From a virus (Duplodnaviria; Caudoviricetes), in IMG/VR virus record IMGVR_UViG_3300010376_000119, positions 1 to 26,083 of that record: a stretch of 26,083 nt of DNA. One strand, given 5' to 3'. The notes below the pieces were generated by a model. That model searched no databases and was not told the DNA's origin. It saw only the letters and a program-made list of their open reading frames with translations. The first letter of the stretch is position 1, and each line of letters starts with the position of its first letter. Both the position numbers and the translations under genes were made by a program. Positions 8,241 through 16,093 of this stretch are shown piece after piece.

Positions 8241-10100
8241 TCAAGCAGTCACCGGGGCACGGAAGTTGGTGGTCTGGGGCATGGGCTGCATTGGGATCGC
8301 GGGGTTCTGCCATACGGTGCCGGGCGGCGGCGTGGCACCCCCCGCCCACGGGCCGACCGCGCCGCTCGAGACGATCGGCGGCGGTGCCGGCGTGGGTGTC
8401 GTGACCGGCGGCGCCGAGGCCTGCAACGACGCCGTCGCCTGCTCGGGCGTGCTCGTCGTCGGCGAGGTGAACTGACGCTGGGCCTGCGGCACGTAGTCCT
8501 GGCCGGTCTGCTGCTTGTACAGGTCCATCGCGCCGCGCAACGCCGCGTAGGCCTGCTGCGCGGTGTTCGGATCACCCTTGACCGCAGGATTGGCCTGGTT
8601 GACCATCGCCGCGGCCGAGTCGTACACCGGCTGGCCGCCGCCGAGCTGGGTGACCCACTCCTGCAGGCCGCCGACCAGGTTGGCGCCCATGCCCGACGGG
8701 GCCGAGGTCATCTTCGAGCCGGCGATGGCGTTGATGGCGTTGTTGAGCCCGCCGGTGGCTGCGGTCACGCGGTTTTGCAGCAGGCCCGCGCCGGTCTGCG
8801 CGCCCTGCTGCACGCCCTGGAGCGCCTGGGTGGCCGCGGTAACGCCGAGCTGCTGCCGCTGCGTCTCGGCGTTCTGCTGCGCCGCCTGGGCGGTCATCGC
8901 CTGGGTCAACTCCTGGATCAGGTTCTTGGCCTGGTCCTCGGACATGCTGCCGTCAGCGACCTTGCCGCCCAGTTGCTGGATCAGCGCCTTCTGGGCGTCG
9001 CTGATGCTCTGGCGGTTCTGGTTCTGGGTGAAGACCGGTTGGCCGTTGTCGCCGATGGTGACGACGTACGGCGCGGTCGTATCGGGCGTGATGGCCTGGC
9101 CGGCCTGCGGGCTCGGCGGCGGGTGGTAGTCCGCTTTGGGGATTGTCTTCGTCTCGCCGTTTGAGCCGATCAGCTGGATAACCGACGACCTGGGGTCGTT
9201 GCTGGCCATCGTCCAGGTGACGTCGGTCGGCAGCGCGTTGCCAGCCTGGTCCTTGGCCTCTTGCCAGACCACGCCACCCTGGCCGTCATCCACCGGCATG
9301 TACGTCTTGCCATTGCGGACCTGTGGCGTCAGTTGGTTCGCCTTCAGTCCGGTCGGCGCGGCGAGGATGACAGCCGCCTTCTTTGCTTTCGGGTCGTAAT
9401 TGACGAACCCGATGCCAGGCACGTTGAACTGGCTGTCCTTCTCGCTGCTGATGATCTGGCCGTCGGGCCCGCGGGCCGGTGTTGCGCTACCGTCGGGCTT
9501 GACGACGTAGACGGTGTCGCCGATAGCGGTGATGCTGCCGGCCGGGTCCTTCGGAATGTCGATAACCGAACCCGTTGCTGGATCGCGCAGACTCACCGGC
9601 CTGGTCGTGGTGTCGCCGGGCTGGATGACGTTGCCCTGGGCGTCGATCTTGTCGAGTTGGTTACTCGGACTCGGCTGTTTCGCCGACGTCGGGGCTGCAC
9701 TGACCGGTAGTCCCTCGACGGGCTTCAGTGGTCCGCCTGGATCTTTGGGGTCGCGGCCGTAGTAGGTGATGCTCTGGTCGGGGTTGCGGACCTGAGTGAT
9801 GTCCGTCCAGCCAGTGACGGTGCCTGTCTTGTCCTTCGGCGTGTACTTGGACACCTCGCCCGTCGGCGCGATTTCGAGCGTCGTCCCGTCGGCGAAGGTG
9901 TACAGGTCGTATGGGCCGGGAATGTCAGGCCCGTTCGGGTCCTTCGGATTCTTGACCGTTGGTGTGCTCGCCGAGCCGACCTGGCCGCCGTGCTGCTGGG
10001 TCAGTTGCTTGAGCAGCGCGTCGCGTTGGGTGGTGTCAGGCGGCGCCGGCGGCGGCGCGGGATCCCAGGGTGCTGGAATGTTCGTTCCCGGCCACGGCAT
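8241..10100 (-). CDS. 619-aa P/T/Q/G-rich protein, putative DNA-ejection (internal virion) protein
   Basis: AAAGGA SD upstream of ATG; beta-hairpin-like N-half, Q/A helical C-half; adjacent to SLT-bearing giant protein. Confidence 0.7.
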   Translation of the reverse strand: MPWPGTNIPAPWDPAPPPAPPDTTQRDALLKQLTQQHGGQVGSASTPTVKNPKDPNGPDIPGPYDLYTFADGTTLEIAPTGEVSKYTPKDKTGTVTGWTDITQVRNPDQSITYYGRDPKDPGGPLKPVEGLPVSAAPTSAKQPSPSNQLDKIDAQGNVIQPGDTTTRPVSLRDPATGSVIDIPKDPAGSITAIGDTVYVVKPDGSATPARGPDGQIISSEKDSQFNVPGIGFVNYDPKAKKAAVILAAPTGLKANQLTPQVRNGKTYMPVDDGQGGVVWQEAKDQAGNALPTDVTWTMASNDPRSSVIQLIGSNGETKTIPKADYHPPPSPQAGQAITPDTTAPYVVTIGDNGQPVFTQNQNRQSISDAQKALIQQLGGKVADGSMSEDQAKNLIQELTQAMTAQAAQQNAETQRQQLGVTAATQALQGVQQGAQTGAGLLQNRVTAATGGLNNAINAIAGSKMTSAPSGMGANLVGGLQEWVTQLGGGQPVYDSAAAMVNQANPAVKGDPNTAQQAYAALRGAMDLYKQQTGQDYVPQAQRQFTSPTTSTPEQATASLQASAPPVTTPTPAPPPIVSSGAVGPWAGGATPPPGTVWQNPAIPMQPMPQTTNFRAPVTA

Positions 10101-10120
10101 CAGAACGGTCCTTTACTTCG

Positions 10121-10154
10121 GTTTACGAATCTGTAAACACGACGCGAGCATAAT
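10121..10154 (+). promoter_or_regulatory. Candidate promoter/operator for the antisense gene: GTTTAC-N6-GTAAAC inverted repeat and CATAAT -10-like box
   Basis: AT-rich island; IR at 10121-10138; CATAAT at 10149-10154; no canonical -35 at 17 bp. Confidence 0.5.
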
Positions 10155-10157
10155 AAG

Positions 10158-10186
10158 GGTCCCGCGCCACGTTCATGGCCGGGACC
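10158..10186 (+). promoter_or_regulatory. 5'-leader hairpin upstream of antisense gene
   Basis: GGTCCCG-c-GCCA-cgttca-TGGC-CGGGACC, 11-bp stem with one bulge; followed by GAAGGAGA SD at 10197-10204. Confidence 0.6.
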
Positions 10187-10211
10187 GCGGCACCACGAAG
10201 GAGAATTCGCC

Positions 10212-10412
10212 GTGCACATTCCATCGTATCTCCGGACCATCCTGAGTTACCTGCCGTTCTGTATCGCCATGGCGGTAATCGTCGCCATGTTCGGCCTGCC
10301 ACTTGTCGTTGCTGCCGGTATAGGCTGGCTGGCACCTGGCATTGGCGTCTGTGCGCTCGGCCTCCTGGTCGTCGCGATTTGTCGGCGACTGCACATTACC
10401 TGGCTCAACTAA
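10212..10412 (+). CDS. 66-aa membrane protein (2 predicted TM helices), moron-like, antisense to the structural operon
   Basis: Strong SD, GTG start, hydrophobic sequence, stop overlaps convergent stop of the 1547-aa gene. Confidence 0.75.
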   Translation: MHIPSYLRTILSYLPFCIAMAVIVAMFGLPLVVAAGIGWLAPGIGVCALGLLVVAICRRLHITWLN

Positions 10413-13400
10413 CGCCTGGGCAGCGGCGCCCGCTCGACTGAGCCAGTGCCGCCGGCCGCTCGAGAGGGCAACGGGGCGCGTGTCGTCGGCGACGTGAATC
10501 CACCGGTCGCGCTATAGCGCGGATTCAGACCAGCGGCGGCCAATCCGATACCCACAAGGGGATTGAGACCGCCCTGCAACGTCGACTGCAGGACCTGCGA
10601 CACGCCAATCGGCGCCACGTTTTCGCCATACGCAATGGGCCCGGCTCGGGCAACCTGGAACGGCGGCTTGCCTGCCGCGGTCAGTGCGGCGTCGATGCCC
10701 GCGCCCACGGGTGCCGACAACCGATTGACAATGAAGTTGGTGGGCTGTGTCCCGCGGCGCTTGGGGTCGCTGACCTCGGTATTCGCCAGGTTCAGGTATG
10801 CCTGGACGTTGCCCGGCAGGATGCCAAAGTGCAGCAGTCCACCGTTCGGATTCTCGACCTCGACTTCGAACTGGTGACCCGGTTCGTTGTCCAACGTCGA
10901 GTGTCCAGTGAGCGCGTAGTTCAAGGCTTCGGTCGCGACCATCATGCCGGCAATGGTTTTTGCGAGAAACTGGGCGCGCGCGCCCTGACCGCTGCCACCG
11001 AAGATTGCTGAGCCCAGTTGCCGAACAGTCGCTTCATTCCAATCGGACGCCTGCAATAACAAGCGCTGAGCGTCGACCAACGTCGGATTGCGGCCCATGG
11101 CGGCGTAGTTGAGCCCGCCAAACCGTTCATTCACCACTTGCGCCGCAGTCTGCGAGTCGAGCCCGCCTTTGGTCAACGCGTCCCACGCCGTCGCTTTGGC
11201 GAGCGGCACGGCGCGGTCCCACAGCGCGGACTGCAGGATCTCAGGCACGGTGCCGCGACGTCCGAGCGGTACACCGGCCAGCGCCAGGCCGGCCACGCCA
11301 CCCTTGGCCGCATTCGCCCACGCCTCTTCGTCCGTGCCGCCGGTCAGCTTTGTCTCGGTATAGCCGGCCGCAGCGCCACCCACGCCAGAGACGCCACCCG
11401 CAACCACGCGGCGCCACACGGCGTCGCCGAGCTGCGCGCCGACGTCCTCAGGCCGCGCGTGCTCGGCCAGGCCCGTGACACCGGCTTGAGCCGCAGCGTC
11501 GAGAGTGTCGGCCATGCTGCCACGCAGCCCTTGCGCAAAACGATCGCTGACAAACGCGCGCGCGTAGTTTGAAAGCGTCTGGGGCGAAGTAAACGCCGCG
11601 TTGAGTCCCTCGGTCAGCGTGTGGAAATTCGATAGCGAGAAGAGCGTGCCTTTCGCTGTGCCAATCGCCCTGAGAACCGCACTCCCAAGCGGATTACTGG
11701 CGATCTGCCCCATGTCGGTGACGGCCTTGATTGGCGCGACGACGTCTGGACTGAATACATAGTTGGCGAGGAACGTGTGGGGGTCATCCGTGACAGCGCG
11801 AAACTCGCGCGGCGCGTTCCTGATGGGCGCCGCCTTGCCCTGGTCCTGGAGCTCGGCCACCAGTTTGCGCGCCGCCGCATCCCGCAACTCGCCGCGGAGT
11901 TGCATGACCTGCTCCTGCACCGCGGGAATGCTGAGGTCCGCGCCCATGGTGCGGAATCGGTTCTCGGCCATGACCCGCGCCGCGTCAGACTGGCGGCCGA
12001 CCATATTCGCGTAGTTCTTGAGCACGCCCGCAGTTTCGACAGGCAGATTCTCGACGGGCCCCAGCGCGGAAGCGACCAGTGAACCAAAGCGCGAGACCAC
12101 CGCACCGGGTCCGCTGGGTGTGGCGGCCGGCGGGGGTGGCGATACCGCTGTGCGGCTGGTGAGCGCCTCGAGCGGCGGCATGCCGCGTTCACGCGCGATG
12201 TTCTGCAGGCCGGTCAGGACGTCCGTCGCCGGCTGTTCGGGCAACGGTGGCGCGAGCGGGCCAGTGCCCGGACGCAGCGTGGCCGCGATTTCGGGCTCGA
12301 GTTGAAGCGGCGGACTTACCCCTTCGGGGGGAACAGGTCCGGGTGGCGGCGGCTGCGCTCCTGGTCGCGCCGCAACTGGTGCAGGTGCCGCAGTTGGAGC
12401 GCCTTCACGCGCGCCTGCAGTTGCTGCTGGAGCGACGGCTTCGGGGGTTGCTGGGGCTCCGCCACGCGCCTCAGTGTACGGCACGTCGAACGGCAATTCC
12501 TCCGTCGGCGCACTCGGCGCTCGATACAGGGGCGTGTCGTCGGCGTACCCGGCCAGGTCGTTCGCGGCATCCAGCACCTGGCTCCGCTCGGCCGTGAGCT
12601 GCTGGATCTGGTCGCGCAGCTCCGTCGGCGTCGCCAGTCGGCCGCCCAGGTTCTTCAGTCCCGACTGTTGCGCGGTGCGGACCTCGCCCGACCCGGTGAG
12701 CAGCCCCGCCTTTTCCCACCATAGCGGCTCATATGCGCTCACGCCCTGGCTGCGCGCGAGCTCGAGCAGGCCCGCGTTCGTCCAGCCGGCACCCCACGGC
12801 GGCCGCACCGGGCCCATGCCGCGGGAGTTGTTGAGCTGATCGTCGAGGCCGGCGATCTGTTGCTCGATCGTCTCGTAGCGCTGCTGCAGGTCCTCGAAGT
12901 GACCGAGGCGTTCGTCGAGTGTGAGCGGCTGCGCATCGACCGACGGCGGCTCGGTGCGCAAGCGGTACGGATTCTCGGCAATCGCGGGCGCGGCGGGCTC
13001 GACGGGTGCCGCGGTAGCGGGCGCGCGCAGCGGGTTGTCGGCGACCCACTGGCGCAGCGTGTCGTTGATGTCCTTGCCAGCGATGCCGGCGTCGGTCTGG
13101 GCCGCGACGAAATCGCGCAGGCCCTGCTGCACGTCCTCGGGGTACTGCTTCAACGTGTCGGCGAGATCGGCGACCGACAGCCGCGCAGGTGGACTGAACG
13201 GGTTGATGCCCTGGGCGAGCTGCCGCGAACGCAGCGCGGCCTGGACTTCGGGATCGGCGAGGAGGTCGCCGAGCGCGGCGCCGGGACGAAGTCCGCCACC
13301 CATCAGTGCCCAGTTGGTCGGGTTGAGCACTTGCTGGCCCAGGAACGTCGACGCTGGTCCGAGCACGGGCTGCTCTTTGAGTGGGTTATGCTGCGCCACC

Positions 13401-15052
13401 CAGTCGTTGATTTGCTGCTCGAGCACGTCGCCGCGGCTCAGCGTGCCGATACCCGGCAAGCCTGGGCCGCCACCGCCGGGGATCAGGCTCTCGAGGCCGA
13501 TTGGCTCCCAACGCGTGCCGGATTCGTCGATTTGCCGATTGACCTCCTCGAGCTTCGCGCGCTGGTCCGGCGGAAGGCCAGCCACGCCTGGGTTGCGGCT
13601 CGGGTCCAATGCGCTGGCGACCGCGGAGGTAACAGGGCTCACGAAGTTGCCCGCGGCATCCGCGGCCTGATTGAGGATGGTCATGCCCCGCGACGCCAGC
13701 GGCGCGATCGCCTGTTGCGCGCCCTGCACCGCCTGCTGCGCCGCCTGGACTGGACTCGCGAGCGGGCTCGGTGCCGGCACCTGCGGGTTGTCGACGGCCA
13801 TGCCGCCCTGCAACTGGCCCATGCGCGTTTCCATCTGGTCAGGCGTCATCCACTCGCCGCCGCCGCGCAGGTCGGTGCCGCTCGAGCCCACGTGGAACGC
13901 GCCGGTGCTGGGGTCGTAATTGTCCGCGGTGAAGTAGTGGCCGGGCGTCGAGATGGTGACCGGGTTGCCCGAGCTCGCCTCTTTCGCCAGTGCGTTCCAG
14001 TCGGCGCCGACCATGCGGTGCGGAATCTGCAGCTTGTCGAAGAGCGCGGACTCAGAGCCGAGTCCCGCCATGCCACTGTCGGGCGTCCAGCCGACCTGCC
14101 GGGCGAGACCGAGCGCCTCTTGTAGCGTCGGCTGGCGACCCATCATGGTCGCGAAGCGCACGGCCGCCGCGGGCCCGCACGCCGCGTACGCCTCGGCCGC
14201 GGTGAGCTGCTTGTCGGCAAACTGGCTGATCGCGGGCAGCACGTTGGAGGCGGCCTGCTGCACGGCCTGCGTGGCGCCCTGGACGGCCCCACCGATGGCC
14301 TGCTTGGCACCGCCCAGGATGTCCTGCACGTAGCGCTGCGTCTCGGCAAACGGCGGCACGCCGCCGTACTTGTCGACGTTGCCGGCGCCGGCGTTGTACG
14401 CCGCCAGCGCTTTGCTCCAGTCGCCACCGTATTGCTGCAGGTGCTGCGCGTCGAGGCGGGCCGCGGCATCCAGCGCGGCGTACGGGTCGTGCGGATCGAC
14501 GCCCATGCCGGCCGCCGTGCCGGGCATGAACTGGGCGATGCCGATCGCACCCGCGCCGCTCCTGGCCGACGGGTTGAAGCCCGATTCCTGCTGGATCTGG
14601 CGCACGAAGACGTCGGGATCGATGCCGGCCTTCTGGGCCGCCTGGCGAGCGTAGGCCTGCAGGTCGCCGCCGGGCTCGGCCTGCTGCAGGGGCTGCGGCT
14701 GCTCGGGCGGCTTGAACTGTTGCAGGGCTTGCAACGGCTGCAGTTGCTGCAGTTGGCTCGTGGCGTCGTCGAGGACCTGCTGGCCGTGCTGCTGCAGGCG
14801 CTGGGTGATGTCCTGGAGGCCCTGCTGCGGCGCCTGCAGGACCGTGGGCGCGTTCTGGGTCAGCGGCTGCAGTAACGACTGGCCATAGTCCTGCAAGCGG
14901 CCGGTGATGTCGGAGAGGCCCTGCTGCGCGCTCTGGCCGAGTTGCTGGACACTCGAGCCCGCCTGTTGCAGTGGCTGCAGCAGGCCCTGGCCGTACTCCT
15001 GGAGTCGGCGCGTCGCCTCGTCGGTGGCGTCGTCCAGCAGCAGGAAGGGCAC
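10409..15052 (-). CDS. 1547-aa virion/ejection protein with soluble lytic transglycosylase (SLT) and C39-like cysteine peptidase domains
   Basis: QQESGFNPSARSGAGAIGIAQFMPGT...ALAAYNAG...ETQRYV (SLT, ~14310-14665); ACGPAAA...PGHYFT (papain/C39-like, ~13880-14200); N-terminal 3x T.RLQ.[YH]GQ repeats. Confidence 0.88.
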   Translation of the reverse strand: MPFLLLDDATDEATRRLQEYGQGLLQPLQQAGSSVQQLGQSAQQGLSDITGRLQDYGQSLLQPLTQNAPTVLQAPQQGLQDITQRLQQHGQQVLDDATSQLQQLQPLQALQQFKPPEQPQPLQQAEPGGDLQAYARQAAQKAGIDPDVFVRQIQQESGFNPSARSGAGAIGIAQFMPGTAAGMGVDPHDPYAALDAAARLDAQHLQQYGGDWSKALAAYNAGAGNVDKYGGVPPFAETQRYVQDILGGAKQAIGGAVQGATQAVQQAASNVLPAISQFADKQLTAAEAYAACGPAAAVRFATMMGRQPTLQEALGLARQVGWTPDSGMAGLGSESALFDKLQIPHRMVGADWNALAKEASSGNPVTISTPGHYFTADNYDPSTGAFHVGSSGTDLRGGGEWMTPDQMETRMGQLQGGMAVDNPQVPAPSPLASPVQAAQQAVQGAQQAIAPLASRGMTILNQAADAAGNFVSPVTSAVASALDPSRNPGVAGLPPDQRAKLEEVNRQIDESGTRWEPIGLESLIPGGGGPGLPGIGTLSRGDVLEQQINDWVAQHNPLKEQPVLGPASTFLGQQVLNPTNWALMGGGLRPGAALGDLLADPEVQAALRSRQLAQGINPFSPPARLSVADLADTLKQYPEDVQQGLRDFVAAQTDAGIAGKDINDTLRQWVADNPLRAPATAAPVEPAAPAIAENPYRLRTEPPSVDAQPLTLDERLGHFEDLQQRYETIEQQIAGLDDQLNNSRGMGPVRPPWGAGWTNAGLLELARSQGVSAYEPLWWEKAGLLTGSGEVRTAQQSGLKNLGGRLATPTELRDQIQQLTAERSQVLDAANDLAGYADDTPLYRAPSAPTEELPFDVPYTEARGGAPATPEAVAPAATAGAREGAPTAAPAPVAARPGAQPPPPGPVPPEGVSPPLQLEPEIAATLRPGTGPLAPPLPEQPATDVLTGLQNIARERGMPPLEALTSRTAVSPPPPAATPSGPGAVVSRFGSLVASALGPVENLPVETAGVLKNYANMVGRQSDAARVMAENRFRTMGADLSIPAVQEQVMQLRGELRDAAARKLVAELQDQGKAAPIRNAPREFRAVTDDPHTFLANYVFSPDVVAPIKAVTDMGQIASNPLGSAVLRAIGTAKGTLFSLSNFHTLTEGLNAAFTSPQTLSNYARAFVSDRFAQGLRGSMADTLDAAAQAGVTGLAEHARPEDVGAQLGDAVWRRVVAGGVSGVGGAAAGYTETKLTGGTDEEAWANAAKGGVAGLALAGVPLGRRGTVPEILQSALWDRAVPLAKATAWDALTKGGLDSQTAAQVVNERFGGLNYAAMGRNPTLVDAQRLLLQASDWNEATVRQLGSAIFGGSGQGARAQFLAKTIAGMMVATEALNYALTGHSTLDNEPGHQFEVEVENPNGGLLHFGILPGNVQAYLNLANTEVSDPKRRGTQPTNFIVNRLSAPVGAGIDAALTAAGKPPFQVARAGPIAYGENVAPIGVSQVLQSTLQGGLNPLVGIGLAAAGLNPRYSATGGFTSPTTRAPLPSRAAGGTGSVERAPLPRR

Positions 15053-15055
15053 GGC

Positions 15056-15547
15056 TCAGCCTGGCAGGACGCCCGGTGGTGGCGGGGCGGGCATCGGCGG
15101 CGGCGCGAGCGGGGCGGGCGCCGGCGGCATGGGCAACGGCATGGGCAACGCGGGCGCCGGCGCGGGCACCTGCTCGGGTTGGGCGAACTGCTGCGCCTGC
15201 GCGCCCTCGGGCGGCTTCGGCACTGGCACGTTGGCCTTCGCCGCCTGCGGCAAGGCTGGCTGCGTCTCGAGTGGTTTGTCCGGCGGCATCACCGCGCGGC
15301 CGTCGTCGATCAACCGCTTCATGCTCGCCATGAACTGGGCCGGGTCGCGCGCCGCCTCCGCCTGCAGATACTGGCGGTCGCCCGTCAGGATGGCCTGGTG
15401 ATACCGCGCGTCGAGCTGCTCGTTACTGACGCGCGAGACATCGGGCATCGTGCCTTTGAAGACGTCCTGGGCGATCGAGTACGCATCATTGGACGCCTCG
15501 CGAGTGAGCGAGTTGCGCAGCACTTCGACCTCGGACGGGTTCGGCAC
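15056..15547 (-). CDS. 163-aa hypothetical protein with Pro-rich C-terminus
   Basis: GTG abutting upstream TAA; operon context. Confidence 0.75.
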   Translation of the reverse strand: MPNPSEVEVLRNSLTREASNDAYSIAQDVFKGTMPDVSRVSNEQLDARYHQAILTGDRQYLQAEAARDPAQFMASMKRLIDDGRAVMPPDKPLETQPALPQAAKANVPVPKPPEGAQAQQFAQPEQVPAPAPALPMPLPMPPAPAPLAPPPMPAPPPPGVLPG

Positions 15548-15730
15548 TTACTTGTTGAAGCCCTTGAGGGTCTTCGCCAGGTTCGCCTGGCGCTTTGTCT
15601 GCGTCGACGCTTTTGAGCCGGGCTTCGTCACCTTGTTGGCGAACTCCGACACGTTCATGCCCGCGGCTTTCGCTTTCTTCGTGAACGCACCAGGCCGTTT
15701 GATGGCGCCCTGGATCCACTTCTCGGCCAT
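15548..15730 (-). CDS. 60-aa small Lys-rich protein (KWIQ.AIK.PGA motif)
   Basis: Recognisable phage small basic protein pattern; tight packing. Confidence 0.85.
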   Translation of the reverse strand: MAEKWIQGAIKRPGAFTKKAKAAGMNVSEFANKVTKPGSKASTQTKRQANLAKTLKGFNK

Positions 15731-15733
15731 CGT

Positions 15734-15877
15734 TCACTTGCCCTTCTTCGGCGCCTTGCGCACAGGCACGCCCCGCGCGCGGTCCAGGGCGTTGTCCTTC
15801 GCGCTGCCCTGCTTGATGCCAGCGGCCTTGTCGGCCGCGGCATCGCGCGCCTCGGTCCATTTCTTGGCGCGAGCCAC
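15734..15877 (-). CDS. 47-aa small Lys/Arg-rich protein (MARAKKWTEARD...)
   Basis: GTG at 15877, 2 nt after upstream stop; C-terminal part of track ORF 15734..15991. Confidence 0.7.
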   Translation of the reverse strand: MARAKKWTEARDAAADKAAGIKQGSAKDNALDRARGVPVRKAPKKGK

Positions 15878-15879
15878 GG

Positions 15880-16089
15880 CTATTTCGTCCGAATGCCGTT
15901 GGGCGGACGGACCACCGCGTTCGGCATGCTGCTCGGGTTGTCGCCGCCGTGGTTGCTCATCGGCCCACCATCGTGCGCGCCGCCGACGCAACTGCTCTTG
16001 AGCCCGCCCTTGAACGGCGGGTTCTGCTTGCCGCTGGGTGGCTTCCAGCCACCGCTCGAAGGACTGCCGCCAAGCTTTCCCATAGCCAT
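15880..16089 (-). CDS. 69-aa Gly/Pro/Ser/Lys-rich small protein (MAMGKLGG...)
   Basis: ATG at 16089, 4 nt after portal stop; GGAG upstream. Confidence 0.65.
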   Translation of the reverse strand: MAMGKLGGSPSSGGWKPPSGKQNPPFKGGLKSSCVGGAHDGGPMSNHGGDNPSSMPNAVVRPPNGIRTK

Positions 16090-16093
16090 CGCT

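Noticed and set aside
10409-15052. Tape measure protein interpretation
   Set aside because: SLT is N-terminal, no periodic W/F helical repeats, located upstream of scaffold/capsid with no tail tube or chaperone genes nearby
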